Below are positions 1-11,476 of a stretch of DNA of 64,000 nucleotides, one piece after another. Each line of letters opens with the position of its first letter. Positions within the stretch are counted from its first letter, which is position 1. Below the pieces are notes generated by a model that was not told the DNA's origin, ran no database searches, and saw only the letters and a program-made list of their open reading frames with translations. The stretch is taken from contig NC_042998.1 in NCBI RefSeq assembly GCF_006345805.1, positions 57,288,001 through 57,352,000 of the forward strand. The letters run 5' to 3'. The position numbers and the translations under genes are program-made. Source of the DNA: Octopus sinensis. Taxonomy: Eukaryota.

Positions 1-323
1 TTCATGTGAGTTCTCTGGTGGTTGACCAGGCTTGCACGACTCAAGCACTTCCTCCGACAGATAAACCCATTTTCCACAGGTTCATTCTTTCTAAGCCTTC
101 TCTTTATCTTCTCGTGATTCATTTCGTTTCTTCCAAACTTCGAAAAACCACAGTACATTCTTTACCTCCGCCCATTTCCGTCTTGTGCCTCTCTCTTCCA
201 ATCAACAACTGAAATTCTGTGGCAGTTCTTGAACCTCGTTTTGGGTTTTCGTGTTGGCCTTCTACCATCTAACAGCTCACCATACAAAAGTTGCTTAGGA
301 AGTCTTTCATCATTCATTCTCAT
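1..323 (-). mobile_element. 3' end fragment of an RTE-clade LINE ORF2
   Basis: Minus-strand translation RMNDERLPKQLLYGELLDGRRPTRKPKTRFKNC matches the typical RTE C-terminal motif (RMxDxRLPKxLLYGEL..GRP..R.KD). It is followed by a WxxxAQD-like segment and a terminal C2H2-like CRRKCLSRASLVNHQRTH near positions 5-65. Confidence 0.8.
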
Positions 324-460
324 ACATACATATATCCATACATACACACATACATACATACACACATACATACATACGTACATACATACATGCATACATA
401 CATAGGTACATACGTACGTACATACATACATACATACATACACACATACATACATATATT
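322..460. repeat. (TACA)n microsatellite
   Basis: Visible TACA/CATA tandem run. Confidence 0.95.
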
Positions 461-944
461 TATATATACGTGTCTGCAGTCATATGGATAATATATAAAG
501 TTCACAACCATAATCACAGTGTGTATAAAAATCATGATATATCACCACACTTTCGCTGCTATACAGAGACAGACATCTTAGATCATAACTCAAAAAATGC
601 CTCCTTGATTATCTGGTCTGAAATCGAGGGCACCTATTTTGTTTCTGTCCTTTTCCTTCTTCTAGCGAGTTACAGTGGCCTCTACTACTCCGAGCTGGCT
701 ATATATTTGCCGTGTTCAGTTGCGTACTCGTGATTCTGTGGCGTATACAATGCTCACCTGGGAGGGACGCCGTTCCGTCGTAGAATATGTGTGTGTAGAC
801 GTACATACATACATTTTATGATTTCGTATAAGAATAGCGATTTTATGAACCAGTTATTAGAATAATAATAAACTTTATGACGCTTTAGGGTGAAGCGTCA
901 TATGAGTACACATCATAATATCAATTAATGAATGACAAAAGTTA

Positions 945-1135
945 AGGCAGCGAGTTGGCAGAATCGTTAGCACGCTGGACGGAATACTTAGCGGTAGTTT
1001 GCCCGTTGTTACGTTAATTTCGCCCTTCATCATTTCAGAGTCGATAAATTAAGTACTAATGAAACACTGGGGTCAACGTAATCAACTTCTTCCTTCCAAC
1101 CAAATTTCAGGCCTTGTTCCTTTAGTGGAAAGGAA
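945..1135 (+). mobile_element. SINE family A, degenerate copy
   Basis: Similar to the GGCGGCGAGCTGGCAGAAACGTTAGCAC...GTCGATAAATTAAGTAC copies at 16521, 25473 and 57931. Confidence 0.7.
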
Positions 1136-1265
1136 TGAGTGACAAGAGAACTGGAGTTATGTAATGACTATCATAACCTTACTGCTGCTTTTGTTATAAG
1201 AAGCATTACAATCTGAACTGTGTGCTTGTGCGGTATTTTGTAACTTCCTTCGAGCCACGTCTTTC

Positions 1266-1267
1266 TG

Positions 1268-1331
<64 letters not shown>
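1266..1331. repeat. (TCTA)n microsatellite
   Basis: Visible tandem run. Confidence 0.95.
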
Positions 1332-1332
<1 letters not shown>

Positions 1333-1785
1333 ATATATATATGTACACTACTGTACATATTCTGTGATCATTGACAGTTATATATATGCAGTACACTTAA
1401 ATGTATTCAAAACGATGAGGAAATATAGTTATAATTGAAAAATACATTCATTTCAAAATAGAGATTGTAATATGCTTCGCATTCAGAAATTTGGAAACTT
1501 CGTAGATTTTTGAAAGTATTTATATTGAAATTTCATATTTTGCCTTTCAAAATATGAAAATATGCAGTGTAAGCGCGCATACAGACACGGAGACGCTCAC
1601 AAACTCGTATACATACAAACAAACTCACACTCGTACAGATACACCCACGAACTTCATTCGATGAAATGACTGCTTTATAGTTTCTTAGAAAAAATAAGAA
1701 ACTTCATATTCATGTAAATGTAAGATGCATTCACATATGTTAATTATATATTAAATATGTCTACTCGTGATGCATATATCTATAT

Positions 1786-2084
1786 GTGAAAGCGCGTGGT
1801 TTAATGGTTATGGTATTCGGCTTACGATTGTACGTTTGTGAGTTCAACTCCCGACGACGCGTTGTGTCCTTGTTCAAGACACTTTATTTCACGTTGCTCC
1901 AGTCCACTAAGCTGGCAAAATGAGCTGTACCTGTATTTCAAAGGGCCAGCCATGTCACACTGTCTCACGCTGAATTTCCCTGAGGACTGCGTTAAGGGTG
2001 CTCGGCCTCTTGCACATTAATTTCACGAGCAAGCTGTTCCGTTGATCGTATTAGCTAGGACCCGCGTTGTCGTAACGATGGAGT
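1786..2084 (+). mobile_element. SINE family B (tRNA-derived head, CORE-like middle)
   Basis: A-box/B-box head (GCGCGTGGTTTAATGG...GAGTTCAACTCC), then the CORE-like GTCCTTGTTCAAGACACTTTATTTCACGTTGCTCCAGTCC. A second copy lies at 8034. Confidence 0.85.
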
Positions 2085-2093
2085 ACGCCTTTA

Positions 2094-2462
2094 GTGGAGG
2101 TGCAATGGCTCAGTGATTAGGGCAGCGGACTCGCGGTCGTAGGATGGCAGCTTCGATTCCCAGACCGGGCGTGGTGAATGTTTATTGAGCGATAACACCT
2201 AAAGCTTCTCGAAGGTGGGGGTGGTGAACCCTGCTGTACTTTTTCGCAAAAACTTTCTCTCACCCTTTCTTCCTGTTTCTCTTGTACCTGTAGTTTAAAG
2301 GGCCAGCCTTGTCACACTCTGTATCACGCTGAATCTCCCCGAGAACTACGTTAAAGGTACATGTGTCTGTGGAATGCTCAGCCACTTGCACGTTAATTTC
2401 ACGAGCCCGCTCTTCCATTGACCGGATCAAGTGGAACCCTCGTAGTCGTAACCGACGGAGTA
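2094..2462 (+). mobile_element. SINE family C head joined to a family B tail
   Basis: The head GTGGAGGTGCAATGGCTCAGTGATTAGGGCAGCGGACTCGCGGTC matches 17136 and 46051. The 3' half (GTACCTGTAGTTTAAAGGGCCAGCCTTGTCACAC...GACGGAGT) matches the family B tail. Confidence 0.85.
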
Positions 2463-2496
2463 CCACGAGTATCTATATGCTTATATCAATATCTGC

Positions 2497-2578
<82 letters not shown>

Positions 2579-2676
2579 GTCTGTCTATCTGTCTATTAAT
2601 TTATCTGTCTGCTTATTTGTCTGTCTCTTTATCTTTGTATCTATCAATCTACCTGTGGGTCTCTGCGTGTATATGT

Positions 2677-2713
<37 letters not shown>

Positions 2714-2715
<2 letters not shown>

Positions 2716-3120
2716 TCTTTTACTCTCTTTTACTCTTTTACTTGTTTCATGCTGGAGCACCGCCTTTAGTCGAGCAAATCGACCCCGGGACTTATTCTTT
2801 GTAAGCCCAGTACTTATTCTATCGGTCTCTTTTTGCCGAACCGCTAAGTAACGGGGACATAAACACACCAGCATCGGTTGTCAAGCAATGCTGGGGGGAC
2901 AAACACAGACACACAAACACACACACATACATACATATATATATATACATATATACGACAGGCTTCTTTCAGTTTCCGTCTACCAAATCCACTCACAAGG
3001 CATTGGTCGGCCCGAGGCTATAGCAGAAGACACTTTCCCAAGATGCCACGCAGTGAGACTGAACCCGGAACCATGTGGTTGGTTAGCAAGCTACTTACCA
3101 CACAGCCACTCCTGCGTCTA
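2714..3120 (-). mobile_element. SINE family D (tRNA head, CORE-like middle, internal (CA)n, AAAGAGT-type tail)
   Basis: The minus strand starts TAGACGCAGGAGTGGCTGTGTGGTAAGTAGCTTGC...GGTTCCGGGTTCAGTC. Homologous pieces occur at 18195, 18823, 20478, 28878, 46860 and 61150. Confidence 0.9.
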
Positions 3121-3440
3121 TGATATATATATATATATGGTGTGTAAATGAAGGCTACATTCAGAAAGTGAGAGAAAAGCAGAGAGAGAGGAGAGAGAGA
3201 GAAGAGAGAGAGAGAGAGTATTTCTTTATTCACCATAAGGTTGAGAAAAAGAGGGGACAAAACAAACGTTGGGGTCAGGGTATCGAATGAGACGAAACAT
3301 GAATAAACAAACAATTAATATATATATACAATTAAATGAGAATGAGTGATTAACAAAAAAATGAAGCGGAGGACGCGGTCGACCCCACAAACCACATACT
3401 CACACTGAAGACTTTGCTTTATCCTTTTTTACATTCTCGA

Positions 3441-6400
3441 TTAAATAGGTTCTTTCACTCGCAACATACTTGCTATAGACTTCCATCTTTTACGAAACAC
3501 ACTTTGCGACAGGCATTTCTTCTCCAGCGTTATTTTCCGTTTCATGTGGAAAACGAAAAAGTCGATTAGCTCGAGACTGGAGATAAACATGCCTGTTGCA
3601 ATTCCTTTTACTCTCGTCTTCCACACTACTTCTTTCGCCATAGCAACTACCGAAAGAAAACAGGCTCGCTCCTCCCTATTCAGGAAGGTCGGCGGAACTA
3701 TCTTAATTACAGATTCGCTCGACAGTTGTACATTCTCGAATGCGACAGCAGGTGTTCGACATAAGTCCAGAGTTCAGTCACCTTGGGGCATTGCACAATC
3801 GCGTGCAGGACAGTTTCACTGTCCCTCTTACATCTTGCACAAACCGGCGAAGGTGCACACCCATGTCTAAAGAGCTTATCTCGAACCGGTAAAGCTCCTC
3901 TGTAACATTGCCAGGCCAGGGACTTTTGGTAATTATCCATAGGCCCCGGACCGAATGTTCTTTGGAACAGGCTGGCCAGTTGATTTTCGTCGAAGCCCAG
4001 AGTTTCTCCTAGGACGTCGTCACACTTAAACTCTACTAACCCTCTATAGAAGAACGCGGTAGTAGCCCCGCCACCGGCGTTGCCCGACTGGGAGAGAAGC
4101 ACGAGTGCCTGATAGCACTCTGCATGCCACATGCCCAACCTCGGTCTACACTTGATCCATGGGTCAGTTCGTTAAACGATGTGAACTGTGGAAATAACAG
4201 CTTGACAAACGGAGACCACACCTGCTCACCGTCCAGGTAAATCCAGAGGTGCCTAAGCCTGAGCGCATGTCTGCGCATTTTTAGCCACGGCATCCCTAAC
4301 CCACCGTTCAGCGGCTTTTGGCAGCAAATAGAGCGCCTTACAAGAGGTCTGCTGCCCCTCCACAAAAAGCGAAAGAGCATGCGTTCCAGTTTGTTCAGCC
4401 ACGAATCGGGGCAAGGCACTACGGTTAGGCGGTAAGTGATTACAGAGGCGATAAACACTTCTGCAACCTCCGCCTTCCCTTTCAAGGACAGATTCCGTTC
4501 AGACCATGTCTGAGTTAGGAGAGCCACCTTTCTCGCCACCTCGCTCCAATTCTTCTCTATCTGGAGATCTGGACCTAACCAAATCCCAAGCATTTTCACC
4601 GGTCCTTCCGTCCAACGTCCTACGACGCTGTCGGAAGACATCGACTTGCCCCTCCAGGTGCCGAGTTGCAAGCCGACCGATTTATCCCGGTTGACTTTCG
4701 CTCCTGCCACCGCTTCGTAGTCCCTTAAGGCCTCACCCACCCACTGTAGGTGCTCGACTCGGGAAACGATGACGGTGATGTCGTCCGCATACGCCGAAGC
4801 TGACTTTCCGCACCCTAGATCTTGCGGGGTGCCTCTCATAGTTTCCAACCTCCTCAGCAACGGCTCGAGGGCCAAAACGTAGAGAAGCGGGAAGAGAGGA
4901 CACCCTTGACGTACCGAACGTTCAATGCTGAACGGCTCCGAAAGGAAACCATTTACCCGAACTACCGATTCGATGTTGCTGTATAAAGCGATGATCCATC
5001 CGCGGAAGGTCGGGCCGAAGCCAGCCGCCGCGAGGACCGCCGCCAGATACTGATGGTCCACCCTATCAAACGCTTTCGATTGGTCCAAGTGGACCATAGC
5101 CCCACCCTTGCCAGGAATCCTATTTACCCTTTCTAAGGCATAGCGTAGAAAGTGGAGATTGTCGTGGATGGTCCTTCCAGGGATGGCGCAAGTTTGCGCC
5201 TCGCCAACAAGTTCACCCACGACCCTCGCCAACCTTTTTGCTAAGACCTTGGCCAAGATCTTCAACTCTGCGTTAAGCAGAGTGATAGGCCGGAAATTAT
5301 CAATTAAATCCCCCTTGTTTGGGTCCTTTCTTAACAACGCTACCACCCCTTAGGAATTCTCCCGTTCTGCTGCCAGTTGGTGTACACGCATGCAAGTAGG
5401 TGCCCAAACAAATCTGGCATGCTACTATAGAGTTCGTAAGGCAGACCATCGAGTCCCGGCGATTTGTCCCCGCCGCATTCTGCCAACATATCCTCGACTT
5501 CTTTGGCTGTGATCGGCGCCTCACAAGATTCCGCGTCCGGCCCCGATAGACGCGACGAACCGGCTAGGAAGTCTGCGAGCTTCTCCCCGCGCTCCAGCTC
5601 GCCGCTCCTCCCGAATAGCTGGGCGAAATGATCATGAAACACCTTGCACATCTCCTCGGGTTCGTTTACTAATCGACCATTTGGGCCCGTCAAGGATCGA
5701 ATGGTTGAGTTGTTGCCACGCTGGCCCTCTACCACCCGGGCCCATCCGGCTGCGTTGATCCCTTCCTGTCTCATTGCACGGATCTTAGCCCTAATAATGC
5801 ACCCTTCATGTTTAGCTTGGAGATGTTGGACTAGTGCTAACCTCGCCGCTAACACTTTCGATGCACAGCCTGACCTCATTGCCTCCTCTATAGCCTTAAC
5901 TAGTTCCTTTTCTACTTTGTTTCTAGCACTAGCTAGTTCTTTGCTAAACCTAATTGACTCAAATTTGATGGCTCTTTTCAGGGCGTACCACCATTTATTG
6001 TTGATAATGGATCCGGTTAACGCCCTCATTACTAATTGTTTAATCCGATTCCTGTAGGCTTCACAGTCCAATAGTGACTTGTTTAGCTTCCAGTAGCCGG
6101 TACCTCGTCTACACATGCTATCTATGTCGAGCGTACAGGTCACTAATTTGTGATCGCTGTAGCTGACGATATGGTGTTGTGGACAGCTAAGTATTTTCTT
6201 ATCTTTCCTTCTAGTTATGATTCTATCGATATAAGATCTGGACGACCCGTCGTTTCTTGCCCAGGTCCACTCTGGAATGTCTGGATGGTCCAGTCTGAAT
6301 CTATCTGCCAATTCGAAACGACTTAGCATATCGTTGAGGTGAGGTAATCCCCTCGTATTCTTTCTTGAGCCAACATAATCTACGCTTGCATCGCAAATTA
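3441..6400 (-). pseudogene. L1/Tx1 ORF2 (APE-RT-zinc finger), split by frameshifts into 5340-6329, 4036-5346, 3707-4138 and 3441-3641
   Basis: KSPGLDGLPYELY, NFRPITLLNAELKILAKVLAKRL, LDQSKAFDRVDH, SVRQGCPL, AYADD and CARCKRDSETVLHAIVQC. Confidence 0.95.
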
Positions 6401-6408
6401 TGTTGAAG

Positions 6409-7386
6409 TCACCACTTTACCACTTGGCACGTCGAACACGTTAGTATTGCTTGGTGACTCTCGCCACATTTATAGCATCTCGGTTTTCTTCCCTCGACTA
6501 TTACCATCAAGGTGGTATCTCCAATGGTGAGGGTGCTTGGCAATTTTTCCAAGTCCGAGGGGTTCGCTTGGATCACAAGCTCTAAGTCCTGTCCATACCA
6601 GGTTGTGGGGCGATATCTTTTAGACTGAAGAATGGCAATTTCTTCCTCTTTGCCTAAGAGAATCGCTGCTGTTATGAAGTCCATATCTATTTCGGGCGGA
6701 ATGTCCGTAACCGTTATTCTACTAGTTCTCATTCCTAAATAAAATGGTAAAAGAACTACCTCTTCCGACTTCAACGTTCTTGTTGAATGTTCCCTAGCTA
6801 TTTCTTCGCTAGGGAAACGCACCTCTACCGTGCCGAAGCGACTACCCCTTGTTATATAACTTGTTTGTTGCCGTATCGGCCTCAAACATTTTTCAATGGC
6901 TTCTCTCTGTACGAAGTCAATTTTCTTATTTTTGACATTATAAGTCTTGTAAATTACAGTTTTTCTCTCCGTCGCGTAAATTAATTCACTGGGAGGGAAC
7001 AACTTCACATTATCACCTTCTTTTTTTAATAAACTTTGGTACTTCTTTAATCCTTCTTTGTTAATAACGATGTTTTCACAGGGGCGAGTTGCTGCACTCG
7101 CAAACTTTATTTTTGCCTTTTCTTGTCGTTTACTAGCTTCGCCAGACATATTGTCGTCTGCTTTTGTGACGCTCGCGTGAGACGTCTCTTTACTTCTACC
7201 TTCCTCCTCCCGCATTTTCTCCTTCATGCCTTCAAACAAATTTTCAACGTTTTCCTCCGACTCGGAGGAGACTGGTTGCAAATTCATGTCTTTTTCGTCA
7301 CTTCCCCCTTGAAACAAGGGGGAAAAAAACAGCAGAACTCTGCTGCAATAGCAGAAAAGAAGTGGCCTCGACGACCAAAACAGCAA
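6409..7386 (-). pseudogene. L1/Tx1 ORF1 (gag-like nucleic-acid-binding protein), C-terminally truncated
   Basis: 325-aa ORF ending ...VEGRKPRCYKCGESH. It is homologous to the ORF1 relics at 54585-55770 and 59460-60240 (shared GTVEVxF...VxLPxYLG.R.SR..V..IPPE). Confidence 0.85.
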
Positions 7387-7450
7387 ATTTTCAAACTTTT
7401 CAGCACAAAAAACAAATCTTTCACTGCGAGAGCAAAGAATAACACGACCG

Positions 7451-7454
<4 letters not shown>

Positions 7455-7536
<82 letters not shown>

Positions 7537-7575
7537 AGAGAGAAAGAGAGATAAAGAGAGAAAGAAAGAGAGATG
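7455..7575. repeat. (GA)n microsatellite flanking the L1 5' end (counterpart at 3178-3218)
   Basis: Visible GA run directly abutting the element. Confidence 0.95.
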
Positions 7576-8033
7576 CGGAGAGCCTGTGACTTAAATGATC
7601 TTATACAGACAGTGTCTTTTTGGCTACGAACAGAAATATATTTCTAATTTTGATTGCGAATTTGCAAATACATACATATGTACATCAGCACGCACATACA
7701 CGCTTACATTACTCTGTACTGCACAACACAGAAACACACACACACACTCATATACAAGTATGTCTGTGTGTTTACATGTATTTACGCGTGCCTTAGAATG
7801 AATGGAACACTGAGAATGGGAGGGAAATAGATAGCGGGAAGCGATGTTTTTGGCCCAGATTGACCATGAGACATTCATCATCATTCCCATACTAGCCCTC
7901 CTCAACTGACTCACTTTCTATTTGTGATTTGATCATCTCCTACAGAGGGACACGAAATGTAAATAACACACTATATATGTGTATGTATGTATGTATGTAT
8001 GTATGTATGTATGTATGTATGTATGTATGTATA

Positions 8034-8350
8034 GTGAGGGCGCGTGGCTTAGTGGTTAGGGCATTCGGCTCATGATCGTATGGTTGTGAGTTCGATTCCC
8101 GGCGACGCGTTGTGTCCTTGAGCAAGACACTTTATTCACGTTGCTCCAGTCCACTCAGCTGGCAAAAATGAGTTGTACTTGTATTTCAAAGGGTCAGCCT
8201 TGTCACTCTGTGTCACGCTGATTATCCCCGAGAACTACGTTAAGGGTACACGTGTCTGTGGAATGCTCAGCCATTTGCACGTTAATTTCACGAGCAAGCT
8301 GTTCCGTTGATCGTATCAGCTGGGACCCTCGTCGTCGTAACCGGCGGAGT
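8034..8350 (+). mobile_element. SINE family B, well-preserved copy
   Basis: GTGAGGGCGCGTGGCTTAGTGGTTAGGGCATTCGGCTCATGATCGTATGGTTGTGAGTTCGATTCC head, CORE-like block and tail, as at 1786. Confidence 0.9.
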
Positions 8351-8364
8351 GAAGTGAAGAGAGA

Positions 8365-8548
8365 TGTATGTATATATAATATATATATATATATTATATA
8401 ATATATATATATATATATATGTATGTATATATATATATGTGTATATGTATATATTTATTTATTGATGTATGTATGAATGTATACATGTGTGTGTACATGA
8501 ATATAAATACACATACATGTATATATATTGTTGTATTTCGAGATCGTC

Positions 8549-8582
<34 letters not shown>

Positions 8583-8614
8583 GCCAAATACACGTGTATA
8601 TATGTATGTATCTG

Positions 8615-8711
<97 letters not shown>

Positions 8712-8758
8712 ATATATATATATATATATACTTACATACATACACGTGTATATATATG

Positions 8759-8824
<66 letters not shown>

Positions 8825-8885
8825 AAAACATACACACATACATATATATATATGTATGTATGTGTGTGTGTGTGTGTGTAAGTAT
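8365..8885. repeat. Compound microsatellite block (TA, TATG, ATT, TCTA, TG)
   Basis: Visible tandem runs; these generate the spurious YIYI/LSIY ORFs. Confidence 0.95.
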
Positions 8886-9659
8886 ATACATATGTTTATA
8901 AAAAAAACGTATATCTCAATGTAGAAGTATGTATTTATATGAAGATACGTGTATGACCGTGTGTGTGTATGTGTATGTGTGTGTGTTTATTTTTTCCATA
9001 AATATTCTACATAAATATATCGGCACGGCGATGCACGGATTATTTTTATGGATCTCCTATTCATGGCATCTAAAAAGGCTTTGAGCATATATTATATTGA
9101 AATCATTGCGATGTATGGCACTGTTGAAATAACGAGGAAAAAGCTGGTGGATTTAAGCAAACTTAACCAGCTAATGTTAAAATATCAGAGAAAATCACTT
9201 GTTTTTTTTCTCTCTACCAGCAGCAAGGCATTCGTGTTCATCAGAAAATTCGTGATTTTTTGCGTTTAATGGGTCTGTAAAGATCGATTTTGTTTATAGA
9301 ATGAGAATGTAATCGTTTTCACCATTTACTGACGGTTGATTGATTTTTATTTATATTTTTATTGATGGATCGATTATGGGTGAGGGACGAATAAAATAAT
9401 CTCCGTCATTTTCAGGAAGATGGCGGCTACTTAAGCGATCCATTATTCGGAAAATATAAATGGGAAAGAAAGAAAAATATTTGGCTTCTTCAAAATATTT
9501 ATGGAAGGCGATTATAATTTCCTAATTCTTTTAGGATGGATATGCAGATTGGATTATCCTATAGCTTACATATCAGTGTATGTGTGCACCGAAGAAATAT
9601 TTGTGTGTTTGTGTGTATTATATATGTATGTATGTATATCTGTATAAATATATTCCTTT

Positions 9660-11060
9660 TACTGACACAGGGTTATACTATAGACAAGTCACTGCATCCT
9701 TCCTTACCAGTTTTTTATCGACTGCTAAAAGTCGAATGCGATGCTTTAGTCCTACTTTCTTGGCCTTTTACGTTTCGGTTGACGATGCTGCAGAAACGAT
9801 AACTTAACTGCCTTTGCTGTTGTTGGGATGTTTTCAGAAGTAAGATCCTCGTCTAAAATATACTTACCATCTCTGTACCTATGAATTCGAAAGAAAGGCA
9901 AATCAATGCGTTCGCAGCATCAATTGAGCCACATGGGTTGCCAGATATTAGTTACGTATAACCGTACACATCTGCCTTTGGGTCCATTCCACCGGATTTT
10001 CTCTAGGGGTTTACACCTTTATCCTTTATTAAGCACTTAGTAAATTACCTCACAATATAGCAGCAGTTTATTATTGGAATGGGCATGGTTTGTGCAGATC
10101 AAATCCCACTCTTTCGTCCTTTAGACTTGTATTAGTTTGGTGCAGCAATTATCACGATCCCGATACTAATCAGGACGGAGGATTTATATGCAATTACATT
10201 ATCTTAGATAAGCAATTAAAGGGCAGAAGGGCTGCGTCTGCCCTGGGACTGTTGTGGTATCTGTGGGTAACCTTGTTCCAATGGAAATTCTGTGACATGC
10301 TAATTAAGCCGTAGCTATTACTCTAAAGGCGCTATTACTCGGAGTCACAGGTGACTTGGTTCCATATTCCTCAAAATCTCGAAATTCCCAGAACAAGGCC
10401 CTGCCACTGGATGAAATTATAAGTCATAGAGCAGTAGTCGTAAGGTAATATTTATCCCCACTTAAACGTGGATGCTTTATTAGAACAAACTTTACTGCGG
10501 TATTTACCATGAAAGAAATTCTCACATTGGCTTTTTTCTGTGGAAAATGCACTCTTCTTTTATATCGCTAGCAGGGAGATAAATCCCCGCTACCTCCAGC
10601 ACCGAGACCACAAGATAATGTGATTTCGAACTTGTTGGGTTTGTCAATTATTGACACTCGACCGTTAGAGACAGCAGTGATGCATCTCCTCACCAGCGAT
10701 TGACTGTGCCAGGAGAAACGCTGAAAAAATGGGAGGTAAATATTTCAGTAAGTAGCACGTTGATTTATAGTTGATGTTCTAACAGTCTTCAAACACTACC
10801 TGCTAGAGGGTTTCTTGTATCGCTACATTTGCCTCTGCTTCTCCAAAGTCGCCATCTACATTTTTTTTGCAAATGTACATTCCAAAACCCTTTTCCTCTC
10901 ACTACCTCTGCGAGGACAGGCAGAAATACCAAAACAATTCAAAAAGTCCATTTTTTCTCAGAATTATAAGCTACTTAAATAGCCAACAGCCTTCTTATTT
11001 TTAGTATTGGGACCATTTCTGTTTGGATGCATTTCTTGAAATTTTAAGATTAAGTAAAAA
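9660..11060 (-). mobile_element. Highly decayed LINE (RTE-like) ORF2 relic
   Basis: The minus strand shows scattered stop- and frameshift-ridden similarity to RT/C-terminal LINE peptides (e.g. RIRLLAVDKKL near 9710-9750, and a DGDFG motif near 10850 resembling KGDL..NYRGI). This is my pattern match only. Confidence 0.4.
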
Positions 11061-11417
11061 TTGTCAAACTGGGTGTTTTGATGTAAGTACATTAGACCCT
11101 GAGATTCAGTGTGAATCTCAGGGCCTAACGTACTTGTTTCAGAAACGTTTTAAATCAAGTTACAGAGGTTTAAATTTTGATAATTTTTTCTCAGTCAGAA
11201 AACAGAATTTGGAGGTTGTCATAAAATGAAATAATGATATACAAATAAATAAGGGTACCGAAATACCAGCTTGCTAGAAATAGGGTAGGGTCTGTTTTTC
11301 GCTGCATAAGCCGCACGTGTTTACTTGTGGCGAGAGATTTGTGGCTTCGGAACGTCGACTCCTATTTCTAGCACGTTGGTATTTCAGTACCCTTATTTAT
11401 TTGTATATATTTTGCCT

Positions 11418-11476
11418 CTTCTTCTTCTTCTTCTTCTTCTTCTTCTTCTTCTTCTTCTTCTTCTTCTTCTTCTTCT
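11418..11476. repeat. (CTT)n microsatellite
   Basis: Visible tandem run. Confidence 0.95.

Larger units (their letters stand above)
3219..7454 (-). mobile_element. L1/Tx1-clade non-LTR retrotransposon, near full length, internally deleted and frameshifted
   Basis: Contains ORF1 with a partial Zn knuckle (CYKCGESH), the C-terminal half of the APE endonuclease (GDFN, WTW...SYIDRI, SDHKLV), RT motifs (RQGCPL, YADD) and a C-terminal CxxC...HxxxxC. The 3' end is AATAAAGAAATA, and both ends abut (GA)n tracts. Confidence 0.95.

Noticed and set aside
8034-8105. SINE heads as genuine tRNA genes (also 1786, 2094, 28575 and 46051)
   Set aside because: A and B boxes are present, but I could not fold full cloverleaves, and each continues into a repeated SINE body.
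8419-8924. Long ORFs rich in YI/LSIY/CMYV here and at 34728-35140, 40633-41993, 51710-52441 and similar places
   Set aside because: These are translations of stop-free microsatellites, not genes.
9417-9427. AAGATGGCGGC (YY1-like motif or ATG start) as a gene start
   Set aside because: The frame stops after MAAT, and there is no other promoter or exon evidence.
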